From NCBI GenBank assembly GCA_004022145.1, contig RCNU01000011.1: DNA of 64,000 bases; one strand, 5' to 3'. The translations under genes and the position numbers were made by a program. The notes beneath the pieces are model-generated. The model was not told the DNA's origin. It saw nothing but the letters and a program-made list of their open reading frames with translations, and made no database searches. How positions within the stretch are numbered: position 1 is the first letter of the stretch; each line of letters starts with the position of its first letter. This document shows positions 12,317 to 24,681 of this stretch, one piece after another. The stretch comes from Paecilomyces variotii. Lineage: Eukaryota.

Positions 12317-13651
12317 TTTGAATAGGTCGTGGTTGATATTGCAAGCAGTTGTTTGCACTTGTACCTGGAATTGAGATCATTTATCTCGTCTGGTCTTTCA
12401 CGGAGGGCAAGTATGGGATCTTTTGCGGGAGGAATTGAAACTTATAACTTCCAGTCATCCCGAATGAACAACACCATTAACGATCAGAAAGTAGTTAAAG
12501 TCACACAAAGATTAGTAAGAAGTTCTGTGTAACACACCTTATTCCCTGAGGATTTCTCTTTAGAGCCGTCAGAAAGTCCGCAAAGGAGGGAGATCCCCTG
12601 TCAGAAACTTAACCCTTTTCGTAAATCTCCCTAGAATGGGCAATTCTTACTTGCAGCTGCAGTAGGAAGAAGTACGTTACTTTACCTGCATGAGCGGGGT
12701 AATAGCGTCGAAGGTTGGAGGAGAAGCAGTACTAAGCTTCAGAAATTGCACGTCAGGCCTCTGAAATTCACTTCATTCCCAGAATATCTTTTTATATTCT
12801 GAATTTACAGCCTCGCTGCCCCTCCTACTGCTCAGTTTCCGTCTACACCTTTATCTGTTGTATCCTCGTGGAGTCCGCCATACCTATTGGAACCTGTCTG
12901 CGTTGGCGAGTGTACACTATATACTATTTTTGTTGTCGCTTTCAACTACCGGACGATATCAAGGCTCCACCACACGAGGTACTCAACTATGAGCCAATAT
13001 ACAAGGAGACCTATACCGAGAACTTTACGCCGTTTAAGCTGATGTTCTATCATCTATTCGGGAACATTAGCACGTTGCTGAATGCTGATGAGGATCCGAT
13101 CAAACCTATGCTGCTGCATATGGACATTGCAAAAGTACTGGCCCGCTTCCTGTAATCTACTTGGTAGATAGTCGTGGTGAACAGGAGTCAGATGTCTAAG
13201 AGCCTAAGAAGAGTATCTACTTGTCCCTCACATATATTACCTATATAAAGCTTGCGAATACCGCATTGTGGGCTCTCAGAAGGAATAGAATGGGGCTCGG
13301 TGGGAATCAGAGAGGCACTGATTAAGTATCTAAATATAGGATAATCACGAACCTTTTTTTTTGACGGTTCGGCATCACTGTTTTTCCAAGTCATGCGATT
13401 AAAGCTGGTCGAACTAAACGGGAGTGTTCATCGGAGTAAAGAGAGGAGGCGGTCGTTCTAAATGTGAGGGGTAACGCATCGCTTATATTCGGCTATCTAA
13501 GGACAACGAACCTCCTTCCTAGAACATATCACGATAGCTATAAGACGCTTTCCTCGATATATTATGACTATCTTACGAGCTGGTAGAGATCACCAAAACC
13601 AGACCTAAACTGCATGTCGTGACTGTTTCATTTTCTGAATGTGTTATAACG

Positions 13652-15376
13652 ATGCCTTTCATAGAAGTCGCCGGATACCTCTTCCACCGTCTGCGACAGA
13701 TGGGAGTCGGTTCAGTCCATGGCGTTCCAGGGGACTATAACCTTACATTGCTGGACTATGTCGAACCTGCTGGTTTACGATGGGTGGGTAATGCGAATGA
13801 GCTGAACGCCGCCTACGCCACGGACGGATATGCCAGAATCAAGGGCATCGGGGCACTCGTTACGACGTTTGGCGTTGGAGAACTTTCTGCGGCAAATGCG
13901 ATTGCGGGGGCATATACTGAGCGAGCTCCTGTTGTGCACATTGTCGGCACGCCGGCTAGAGAGTTGCAGGATGCTCGAAAATTGATCCATCATACCTTCA
14001 ATGACGGGGAGTACAGACGTTTTGCGCAGATCCACGCCCACTTGACAGTGGCTCAGGCTAGTCTGAGGGATCCCCGGATGATTCCAGAACAGATCGATGA
14101 TGTTTTGAGACAATGTATCATCCACAGTCGACCTGTATACATTGAAGTGCCCGTTGATCTAGTGGACCAACGCGTGCCTGACGACAGGCTCAGTACTGCC
14201 ATCAACATAGCTGCGACCATCCCCTTACAGTCTCACAATGCTGTGCTGGATCGAATACTGGGACGCATGTATTCGGCAAAGCAACCGATTGTTCTCGTTG
14301 ACGGCGAGAGTAGAGCATTGGATATTCTCGACGAGATACAGAAGCTCATACATGCGACCAATTGGCCAACCTGGAGTACGTGCTTTGGAAAGGGCCTGCT
14401 GGACGAAACAGTGCCTAATTTTCATGGAATATACCGGGGAAGTTTCGATGATGCCGCTGTTCGAACATTTATCGATAAGGCCGACCTAGCGCTATGCTTT
14501 GGTCCTCATTTCAGTTCTACCAACACCTTTTCTTACTCCAACATCCCCAATGTTGACAGAACGATCTTCTTCACCGACACGGAAGTCACCTTTGGCAGCG
14601 ATGTCGTTCGAGACGTTCCAGCAAAACACATTTCATCCCTCCTCATCGAGAGCATCGATATCTCAAAGATCCACCGTTATGACCCTTATCCTAATTTGCC
14701 CCGTGACCAAGCGCTATCATTCTTGGATGTCACTGGAGGCGAAAGAATCACTCAAGATCGACTGTGGAAACTTCTCGCGAGCTTTCTTCGCCCCGGTGAT
14801 ATTGTTCTAGGCGAAACAGGAACGCCAGGCTATGGTGTACGGCAGATGAGCTTGCCTAAGCACACACGGCTCTTTACGCCAGTTACGTGGCTATCAATTG
14901 GCTATATGCTTCCCGCAGCGCAGGGAGCCGCGCTAGCACAAGAGGAATTAGTGACATCTTCCAATTATAACGGCATTCAAGATGCGCGAACTATTCTGCT
15001 CATTGGCGATGGAAGTTTCCAAATGACCGCTCAAGAACTTGGGACTATTATCCGACATCAGCTGAATGTTGTGATATTCCTGATCAACAATGATGGATAT
15101 ACTATTGAACGATGTATTCATGGTCGGAATCAAAGGTACAATGATATTGCGCGGTGGAGATACCTACAGGCCCCTGGCTTTTTCGGTGCTCATGAAGATA
15201 CGTTCATAGCCTCAGCGAGTACTTGGCAAGAGTTGGAGAAAGTCCTTACCAATGAGACGGTTAGCAGTGGAAAAGGGTTGAGGTTCATTGAGTTGCTTCT
15301 GGATCGTGAGGATGCTCCCGCAGGGCCATTGTCATACCTTTTAGAAAACCAGAAGACGGGCAAGCGTAACGTATAG
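13652..15376 (+). CDS. ThDP-dependent 2-oxo-acid decarboxylase (pyruvate decarboxylase family), intronless
   Basis: HGVPGDYNL, NELNAAYATDGYARIKG, TTFGVGELSA, IHHT and the ThDP motif GDGSFQMT...INNDGYTIER. First ATG at 13652. Substrate (pyruvate vs aromatic/branched 2-oxo acids) cannot be determined from sequence by eye. Confidence 0.93.
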   Translation: MPFIEVAGYLFHRLRQMGVGSVHGVPGDYNLTLLDYVEPAGLRWVGNANELNAAYATDGYARIKGIGALVTTFGVGELSAANAIAGAYTERAPVVHIVGTPARELQDARKLIHHTFNDGEYRRFAQIHAHLTVAQASLRDPRMIPEQIDDVLRQCIIHSRPVYIEVPVDLVDQRVPDDRLSTAINIAATIPLQSHNAVLDRILGRMYSAKQPIVLVDGESRALDILDEIQKLIHATNWPTWSTCFGKGLLDETVPNFHGIYRGSFDDAAVRTFIDKADLALCFGPHFSSTNTFSYSNIPNVDRTIFFTDTEVTFGSDVVRDVPAKHISSLLIESIDISKIHRYDPYPNLPRDQALSFLDVTGGERITQDRLWKLLASFLRPGDIVLGETGTPGYGVRQMSLPKHTRLFTPVTWLSIGYMLPAAQGAALAQEELVTSSNYNGIQDARTILLIGDGSFQMTAQELGTIIRHQLNVVIFLINNDGYTIERCIHGRNQRYNDIARWRYLQAPGFFGAHEDTFIASASTWQELEKVLTNETVSSGKGLRFIELLLDREDAPAGPLSYLLENQKTGKRNV

Positions 15377-15829
15377 AACGAGGTCTGGAGGAGGTTACTG
15401 CTGAGTGTAAGTTGTGCCGACGGTATGAGAAAGGGCGGGAAGTGCAGATGTTGACATAAAATCCATAGAATGGGCCCGAGCTACAATAGCCATGGACTAT
15501 CGCTTTAGGATAGGCGTGGTTAACCAGAGAGAAACGGAAATCAAAGCAGGTGTCAATCAGAAGTATTATTATTAATGCAGAAGCCTAGACAGAAAGTCAA
15601 AAGTGAGCGACCGCGATCAGAGGTATCATAAAAAAGCAAAAGCTATATACAAGCTGTAACGGGGGATATGTCATAAAAGCGTTATATAAGCGATTCAGGC
15701 CAACACCTATCCCAGTGCTCCAAGAGAGTATCAGGATAGATACAACATGATTGATCCAGTGCCCATGAACAAATCAGATACATATAATGAGGTCCCTGCG
15801 GGCGAAGAAGTGCGTATAGCAACATTATT

Positions 15830-17988
15830 TCAGCTAAGAAGCGGTTGCCGTTCCCCTGGAGTGTCATCTCGCGTCCCTTGCACCGCTGCCACATCACTAT
15901 ATACCCCAGACGCCGCCATTATTCTGGCCTTCCACCAGACGAAGCTCACCAGAACTGTCCCTACAAGAAATGCCACCAAAGTAAGCATAGCGTTGATTGG
16001 TATCGGGTTTCGATGGAATGCTTTGAACGTAAGAGCATCCAGGCCGGCCTGGGCGAAGTTACAGATACCAGCAAGACATATAACCAGACCGTACACTTTG
16101 CCAAAGGTCTGAAAGCCGAACACCTTCGCTGAGTAGTCAGAGACAGCAGTGTAATAGAATGGTCGATAAAGGACGAAGAGCGCGATGTTAGCATAGCCTG
16201 CCGCTGGACTACCCGGGATGCAGCCTAATATGCCAATTAAGGTTGCAACGGCCACAAGAACCAGAAGTACGACTGGGGTAGTCGCCGTGTCAAGTATAGT
16301 GCCAATGAAAGGAACAGACAATAGACCGCCCAATGGGAGGAGTAGGTCAAAGATCCGGTTCAACTGGTCTGCTTGGCTAGGAGAGCCAAGAAGATATGTG
16401 TACTGCTGGCGAACCGTAGCAACAAAATAGTTGATCCGTAACATTTGAATGACGGTGAAAAGGGTGATGAGAATGAACCACGGCGACTTGATCTGCTCTA
16501 GTGCGGAAGCGCCATGCATAGCACCCCAGACGCCACCAACGGAGTGAGTGTTCTCGGCTGGCAGCGGAGACTGTTTCTTGACAAATTCCTGCTGCCGACT
16601 GGAAAACTCGGGATCAGAAGGGTCGAAATTCAGATCGGATATCTTGCGGTCACCAGTTCCATCGTCCAGAAGATCCCTAATCGAACTCACAACGCTTTCA
16701 CGACGGATTCTGCGCTCGTTCCTCTGTCTTTCGCGCTCGGACTGATCGACACTCTCATCCAATCTGTCGTTAACCTCGGCCGCAATTTCCCCTTGAGCCT
16801 GCTGGACAAGCTCCCCAGCGGTCTTGTAAGAAGTTGATGGCATTAAGAATATCTCCGCAGCCAGAATGAAGAGGGGCACGACGAGATACAATGTGAAAAA
16901 TGTTTTGACAGAGAAGCTTCCGGCTGTTGTTTCATTCAAGATACGGAAGATCAGAAAGAGAGCGCTTGAGGCATCGAAAGCACCAGTGAGCATTGACAAG
17001 ATTAAGCCAGAGCGGGTCGGAAACGTATTGGAGAGATGGAACGACGAAATAAAGACAAATGGTCCACCCAAGGCCAGGAATAGGTATCCGGGCATATATC
17101 CATCGAATGGTAGATCCTGAGAGAACGCAAAGAGGGAAGCACCCAAAGCTAGACATATGCTCCCAATTATGCCGCTGACTCGTGGGCCATACACATCGAG
17201 AATTGTCCCGACGGGAAGAGCACAGACATTGGTGGCGACGGCGGCTACAGTAAACATTAGATTCAATCTGACTTCGGTTAGCAAGATGTATGCTAGGAGG
17301 ACTTGGACCAACTGACCGAATTTCCTGGCCGTAACAAACCAGGTCTCCTCTTTGCAACTCTTCCTTCGTACAGTAATCGCGATAGACCCCCTCTCGAATC
17401 AGTACCGGCTTTATGGCAGCGAATCCAAACACGATACCAGCCGCGAGTAGACAATATATGACAGCGACAAGAACTTGGGCTGAATCACATGCTGTTAGTA
17501 TACTGCATAACAATTGAGTGTGAATATGCAGTGAGGAACATGGCTAACACGATACTAGCGCGTGCAGGAGGGGAGCGCCTACCGATTCTCTTCCCCTTGT
17601 GCACCTCAAAAGCACCCGTGGTGTCCAGGATATCCCACTGCGCAGCATCCCGTGGAGGTTCATCATGCTCTGAAATCCCAGTCTCCCTTGAAACATCTGG
17701 ACTGTCTCTGGTCTCTGCTGCCTCATTCCCGATGAGAGATTCCCTCTCGTCATCCGCGTCTCCATGCGTGCTTTCAGCCCATGATGGCCCAGAATAAGGA
17801 TTGAAATTCAATCTGTTTCTGATAGAGTATTGACCGATTGAGGAGGGAAATGATGAAGCCGTCGATTCTGGCAGGTATTGGGTATCATTCTCTTCATCAT
17901 GTGAGCTTGCATTGGAACCTCTGCGGCGGAGGAAAGCTGGCGGACTATGCTGCCATGACTCCAGATAGGAGACACGATGGAGAGACAT
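15830..17988 (-). CDS. MFS transporter, FMP42/LAT3 (SLC43)-like, 3 exons
   Basis: AAGIVFGFAAIKPVLIREGVY, ALPVGTILDVYGPR, LTGAFDASS, IQMLRINYFVAT and FGFQTFGKVYG across three ORFs joined by GT-AG introns at about 17582-17481 and about 17335-17270. Confidence 0.88.
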
Positions 17989-19340
17989 GCTTCAACGTGT
18001 GTTCTCTACAGAAAAGAGAAATTGGGGGAAGGAAAGCCAGGCTAAGCTGTCGATGTGACCAAGTTCCACTCTTCCGAGATAAGCTCTTATCTCGGAAGTT
18101 AAGCTCGTAGTTGCAATGCCAAGATAGTCTTCGAGACAGTGCTGTCTAGGAAAGGAAATAAACCAGAGAATTATCAGGCCAAGCAAACTGAATCCAGATC
18201 AAAAGAACCGGCGAAAGCCAAGCTCTTCGCAGCAGTAAACGTAACTAGGCAACAGCAACACTAACAGTCCGATTGACATGCAAGAGATACAGCCTGGAAC
18301 GGTTATCTGACGTTCTCGACAGGATCTTCCGTTTTATATACACTGGGTATCGCACGAGAGAAAGAGAGCAGAGACAGGATTGGGATAATAAAGAACCTGC
18401 AGGACAATTTCGCAGCAAGCTGTTGACCCCGTGACCGGCGACCTCCGGGCCAAGACTGTCGCCACCGCCAGCCAATCTTGCAGAAAGCGACCTTCTTCCA
18501 ACTTTTTTGCCAGTGCTCAATTCTGATATCGAACTTTGTCGTCTTCAAAACTTGCCAGAAAGCCAGATCTCTGCTGCATCATCAGTCTTCACAGTCCGGT
18601 CGCAAACCTCTCACTAAAACCAATGACAGCATCGCATTCGGCCTTCTCCGCAGACGCTCGGGCACTATCCGTGCCGGATATGATAGCCTCTCGCACGGTG
18701 CCATGGGTGAGCTTTGCCATACAACGGATCTTCGTTGGCTTAAAAAGTGGACGTGCGACTGAGATCGAGAACAACAGATCTCATATAGAGTCTGCTAGCG
18801 GGATGAACATGTCATATCCAGGCAGACCAAACTAGAGGATTCTCCTATTTGGTCGAGTGGCCTAGCGCCAACAGAAAATATACACCGGAAAGGGATCCAC
18901 GTACTTAATGTCACTAGATAGGCCTTTCACCCAGGGCTTGACGGCCATTGCTGGGATCGAGGAAGCTAATCAGAACCATCCTAACCTAATATTCAATTCC
19001 AGAGCGATGCTTGCACCGGTCCGAATCGGCCTGTATGGAACCCGACCGGCTCATTGATTGTGCCTCGATTTTCGGCAGAGAGATTACCTACCAATGGACA
19101 AGGCAGACCCAGCCGACTAAGTCAGCTTGCTTTTCTTAACTAACTACCTAGGTAGTTAACAATATGTCTGACTAAGTGTCATTATTCAGACTGAAAGAAA
19201 AGGTCAACAGATGAGCATGGCGGTTCATCCATCTCCTGCGAACTGTCGAACTAAGTGTTCTATTCCTCCGAGTTTAGACTGGGGATTTGGTGTATCCATG
19301 GATGAGCATCCGGTCCATCATCAGTGAGCAGATAGGCGTT

Positions 19341-19989
19341 ATGTCTGCAAACAATGCCCGAACGGGAAATACCTCAGTCAGGTTGATTATCGCAGCTTTC
19401 CACGCCGGTCTCTTTAATCACCGGGGGCCTGCAGGAGCCTGGACTTGGGTTTGTCTGGTTTGGCGCTCACGCTGATTTGGACACGTCTGACGAAACGGTC
19501 AGCGGCTACCTAGGTTGGATGGGAGTGTCTATGCTTGTTGGAAAAGGTTAGAAGACATTTCTTGAGACCATTCTTGGATTTATACCCATTACCCTAGGGC
19601 GTGTTGTCTACTGCGGTATGTGAGGGTTCTTTCTGATACTCAACGCTCCCGACTAGAGAATTGTCCTGCCAGAGCAGTACAAGGATATTCCGGTTGACTT
19701 TGTAAATGAGCTGGATCAAGAGCTGCAAAGAGCATGTCTTCGATCTGCCGCAATTCACCTCGACATCGATTGTCTTGATACGACGCCAGGGAAAGCAAAC
19801 GAGTATGCAACACCTGGAAGATTGAGTTCAGACGATATCTCTCGCTGTATGGGATTGGTTTTGGAGAAGGCCTCACCAGTAGCAATGACAGTTGCATCAT
19901 ACAACCCAAACCTCGGGGATCGAATTACCATTGCTGAAGCAGCCATCGATGCTATTTGCGAAGTTGTCGCTTCTGTTAAGGAAATATAG
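19341..19989 (+). pseudogene. Arginase/ureohydrolase-family pseudogene
   Basis: Manual translation: MSAN...VRLIIAAFHAGLFNHR; then after a frameshift/deletion GFVWFGAHADLDTSDETVSGYL..MGVSMLVGKG*...RVVYCGM*; then IHLDIDCLD..GKANEYATPG.L...PVAMTVASYNP...EI*. Contains a degenerate DAHxD and an intact DxD metal motif, with stops and frameshifts. Confidence 0.85.
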
Positions 19990-20189
19990 TCACAGTTAAA
20001 ACCGAGTTTTCCTAAAGAGAACTAATTTTGTCTTTCCTTCAGACAACAGAGAAAATATATAAGGCGATGGCTTGGGAGATATACTCTACTATCCGGTGCA
20101 TCCTCCTCCCTCCGCGTTTGCTACGGGCTCAAGTTTTGTTGAAGGAAGTCTTACTATGCTAATCACAGAATATGTCCATTGATTGCAGG

Positions 20190-21593
20190 TTACCTAGCCT
20201 TTGCGAACTTTGTCCACAGCGGCTCATGCAGCAACCTGTCTAAGCAGCTTGCCTCAACGCCTACTATGACTTCTATTCCACCATCTGGCAAAACCGGAAG
20301 TACAACCTGCAAGCCGTTGATAACGCCCACATGGGGGGCCCGTACAGAATCAATTCTGCCACCCAGCAGCGAACCCCAATCTAGAGAATATAGGTCGAAT
20401 TTCACCCATGATGTCTGCACACAATGAGATCCCGGGACGTCCAGAAACGCTGTCGGAAAGAGTTGGTTCACATCTTCGAGTTTCTCAATAAGAGTTATCA
20501 CGTCATCGGTGAATTGGTTATCGGCACGCTGGATCGCCTTGCGGATCAGAATTGCCAGGTCGGCAAGGTTGGCGGAGCTGAGTATTTCCCGGATAGGAGC
20601 TTTGACAGCGACATATTCGAGAAAGCAGCCTAGGGTGCTCTGGTGAATAGGAGGATCGATCCGCTCGCGACCATCAATAGCGATATTGAAGACAGATATC
20701 GGATTACCCTCCAACGAGTCAAGCGGCCACTGTACAGCCATGACTGTGCGCCAGAGAAGAGCCGAGAGAGCATCATTAGTCGAGATCCATTGCTGGTCAG
20801 AGTGTTGCTTTGCATTTTCTGGCGATGCCTCAGCCTTTAGCGAGGCCAAAGACTCTGGGGAAAAGTAGAAGACCTGTCCACGATGATCTGAAGACAGCAT
20901 CTTGCGTAGCGCCACGCCAGGCGTAGCAGATGAGAGTGTGTACTCGGGGTGATCTTTCAGCAATCCCTGGTTACGACCCGATGGCTTCATGACGCGTTCT
21001 CTGTCGCTGAAGATAGCCCCAGGAAGCTGAATGGGCTCAGCAATTTCCAGGCCCTGGGCACGACGGCACTCTTCCGCCCATACTTTGGCCCAGGTGTAGA
21101 AGGCCGTGCCATCGCCAACCATATGGAAGATGCACCATGTCAGGATCAGGCCGCCGTCAATAAAGTTGGCCTGCACCAGGGAGATAGGCAATTTCTCTCC
21201 AGGTAATGCCCAGACAGACCGGCGACACAGAATCTCTGCGTCGAATGCCGAAAGTGGGAAGTTTTTCGATTTGAGCCCCGCATAAGTCAGTGGGAAGACG
21301 CCCTGCGCTCGTAAGTCCTTGACAACAATGTCTTCGATATCTCCATCATTCAGTCTCTGCAGCTTCAGTACCCCTGCCTGTTTCGAGCCAGCATCTGGCA
21401 CGGCCTCACATGCCAGTACTGAAATCTGGTTCTTGGCGGCACTGTATCCTGTCTTTAGAACCCTAGCAACTTCGTCCATATCATAGCCCTCTGGAAGCTG
21501 GAAGAGGAAGATGTAGCGAAGGTAGCCCTTTGGCCCGATACGCTCCAGGTGCGTGAGAGTTGGAACATCACAGGGATATTGCACAGAACCCAT
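20190..21593 (-). CDS. CoA-dependent acyltransferase (Transferase/BAHD family, Tri101-like), intronless
   Basis: QANFIDGGLIL, catalytic HxxxD (FHMVGDG), WISTNDALSALLW and a DFGWG-equivalent (SLDWGSLLG). First ATG at 21593 (MGSVQ). Confidence 0.9.
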   Translation of the reverse strand: MGSVQYPCDVPTLTHLERIGPKGYLRYIFLFQLPEGYDMDEVARVLKTGYSAAKNQISVLACEAVPDAGSKQAGVLKLQRLNDGDIEDIVVKDLRAQGVFPLTYAGLKSKNFPLSAFDAEILCRRSVWALPGEKLPISLVQANFIDGGLILTWCIFHMVGDGTAFYTWAKVWAEECRRAQGLEIAEPIQLPGAIFSDRERVMKPSGRNQGLLKDHPEYTLSSATPGVALRKMLSSDHRGQVFYFSPESLASLKAEASPENAKQHSDQQWISTNDALSALLWRTVMAVQWPLDSLEGNPISVFNIAIDGRERIDPPIHQSTLGCFLEYVAVKAPIREILSSANLADLAILIRKAIQRADNQFTDDVITLIEKLEDVNQLFPTAFLDVPGSHCVQTSWVKFDLYSLDWGSLLGGRIDSVRAPHVGVINGLQVVLPVLPDGGIEVIVGVEASCLDRLLHEPLWTKFAKAR

Positions 21594-23669
21594 TATTATA
21601 AAGTGCAATTGGGGGCCGTTTTAGAGTAGCAAAAATCAACAGAAAGAATAGTTACTCAAACCGCAGGGAAATAACTGACTAGACATCCTCTATTTATTAT
21701 CATCCTCCAAGTAATTTCGCCGATCCATCATCCCCGCTCGACACGGTCCTTTCGTTTACACGGCCTGTGCGAAAGGATTAGAGTAGGTGGGGTTTCAACC
21801 CGATGGCCTGTGAGTGTCATTCATTCAATCATTAGTTTACTACGCCGTATCTAAGAGTCCCAGAACAGAAACCAAGCATAGCCTTAGTGCATTTTCATAA
21901 GCATTAATAACTCTTCAGGGCATTTAGCGTATGCAAAAGTTCGTATGTACATCTTGGCACCCTGTCAAGTGAAAAAAGAAAAGCGCATGACCATTTGGAA
22001 TGAATACGATTTTTAATATATCGAGATAATCCTCTGGCTCACCATGAAGATTGCAATTTCAGGGTAAATACTATCCCCCCCTGTCCCTTTTCTTACTGTC
22101 TGTGTTGAATACAGCGGGGCAAAAGAAGGCCATGGATAAATTGTCATTGCTGGTTAGATCTTGCATCATTTAAGTAAGTCGAAAATCGGCATTTAGCAAC
22201 CATCGAAAGTCCGTAACATTGTGATTGGTGCCCGCGCTCAGATTATGTAGCAACTATTATACTTAATTGCAGTACCATTAGAGGAACTCCAGTGCAAAGA
22301 CCCCTGACTATATTGATAGTCTGACAATGTTTTGGGGGAATTTTATGTTTGAGCAGAAGGAATTTTGCGTGCAACAGGGGGACAAAAACATCCAAACTAC
22401 CGCCATATTCCATCTCAGTCCTTGCGTAGGACTTTTCAGATCGAAGAGTAGCATACTACAGAACATCTTGTAGAAGAACTACCCAAAGGGAACAAGAAAC
22501 TAGGTTTCTAAGTGCGGTGGATATGTAATATTCACTTCATGCACTAAGTATAAAGTGAAGGTGCATCTATACTATTGCTTTGAGGTTCCAAGACGGTGTT
22601 CAAAGTGAAGAGGCTGGCGCAATGATTACTCCGACAGAGTCAGATCGTAGTCCTGCATGTCATGGTGGCTCTGTAATTCGGCCAGATGAGCGGATTATGC
22701 GGCGCTAACTAAGTAATAATGGAGCTAAAACAACCAGGGATGCTTGTATGTATGTACATGAATGGGCTTTTTCTGGAATTCTTGGATCATGTATGTATAA
22801 TACCGCCAGTTTGGGACATTGAAACTCACACTCACAGTACTTAGATGCATTCGCGACTATTTATAAACTCTAAGATTGAGCAACTAACTTTCTGATGTCG
22901 TATTTGCAATGTCCTTCCCGGGGAGCTTCTTTGGCAGTGAATAGTTAACACTTTTGGTGGGCTAGATCTAATCCCATTTCGGTGACCCTTTATGCTCCCA
23001 CGACATACCGATCGTCTATCCTGTGAGCAGGATTGAGGATACTTTGGATGTTCGGTCAACCTACTTAGATTCACTTTAATCAGCGTATCATTCTATCTTT
23101 CTGAAGCCTTCCAATTGGGTTATGTTCTTTAGCGCGCTTGCAATAAAGAGGCCTTAGCTTCGCTGGTTGCTCCTAGCCAACCAGTACCAAAAAAAAAAAA
23201 GATGTTCGGTCCTGGATGCCAGTTAACAATTGGCGCTATCAAGTTTCGGACCCCAACGTACGAGTAAGCCAGTCAGCGACTGTGAGATTATGACCTTGCG
23301 CAGTGATTTTCATGATCGGCGTCTTCATGAGATAGCGTTCAGGGACGATCACAGAGTCAGTGCGGTTGATCTACAGTGATACCGATATAAAAAGACCAGC
23401 TCCATTTCAGCGCTAAAAGCTACCGATCGATCAACACTACAGGCGTAGATACACGGGCCGATCCGCCTACAAGCCGGATTACAGTAGTGGCCTACACAAC
23501 TCCGCCCAGGCGCTTGCACTGAGCGACACTGTTCTTGTCTTCGGCGAGATACAACATTTCGTTCTTGATGGACGGGACGGGCTTGCGATAGCTGGAATCA
23601 GGGACCCAATCGACTTTAAGATGTTTCAGGTACACGGGACAAAATCAGAATAAGACATTGTTCCCAGCG

Positions 23670-24681
23670 CTAATAGGTCAGGATCATCGAAATGCGTCTG
23701 CTTCGTGTCGAGTTGCCGCTTTCCAAAGATAGAACAGTAGGGTACTGTCCTGGACTCGTGGTACAGGGATCGTTGCGGGAAGTACGTACACTTCTAACAT
23801 CCAGGCTCAGGGGCCATGATGACCGATCACGCCGTTCTGACTCAACGACCGGGTCGACCTCCTTTCCATTCTCCACGAGCTTTCCCTACTGGAATACAGC
23901 GAGTGACTTCGTCATGGTAAGGTAAACGGCCGAGTCTGCGTGGTATCGTCCAGGACAGATACGACACCGAACCCGAAGACCATTGTATAGAGATCCGGTT
24001 TGGTGATATGGCCGTTACTCTGAGGAAACGCTCTGGTTTGAGAGTCATAAAATCAGGTATGTCTCTGGCTCGTGGAAAAAGCCCCTAAATGATAGTTAGA
24101 TCGAGACGATCGTGAATCGAATTTATCGCACGTTTATGGCCCTAGACAGAGGGTCTTCCTCTAACTTACCACATGCTAGGAATAAATATGCACCCTTCGG
24201 GATGTGATATCCTTCGACGATATCATCTTCAGTGGTCATGTGAGCCAGTCTTATAGATGCCACTGAATGCCAGCGCAGGACTTGTTTCAGATGGCGCCAA
24301 TGTAAGGAAGACTGGGCTGGTCGTCTGACCTGGAAGTCTAGCAGAGTCGATCACCCGATTAATCTCATCTTGGGTCTTTCGTCGACTTCAGGAAATAACG
24401 CCATGGCGAGGAAGAAGCATGCGATTGATGAGAGAGGTCTAATGTGACAGTTTGCATAACCGAACTCTAGACCTTCAACACGACTCTCCGTGAGAATATC
24501 ATATATGCAGCGTATCGGCCACGAAATCTATTTCGGGGTGCGACTCTCCTTTCTGAAACAGTTCAGAGATAAATGAAGGCTTGTAGATTCTGAGTTTCAT
24601 TTTCTGCTTCACATAGGAGTAGGGCTTTTGCACAACATCGTCCATAACTCTCCTCCAGCTCTGGGCGGTCTTCTTGAATCC
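23670..24681 (-). pseudogene. Cytochrome P450 pseudogene (OrdA/CYP64-like group), C-terminal half
   Basis: Manual minus-strand translation over several frames: GFKKTAQSWRRVMDDVVQKPYSYVKQKM; SSIACFFLAMALFPEV.RKTQDEINRVI...LPYI..KQVLRWH (ExxR site); EDDIVEGYHIPKGA; a GTAAG...CTAAC...TAG intron; KPERFL; MVFGFG..ICPGR (heme Cys). Multiple frameshifts, a stop and an I-helix deletion. Confidence 0.88.

Noticed and set aside
18245..18900. Cluster of short ORFs upstream of the MFS gene, with a CRKR word suggestive of a Zn2Cys6 relic
   Set aside because: The cysteine spacing cannot be reconstructed; evidence is too weak.
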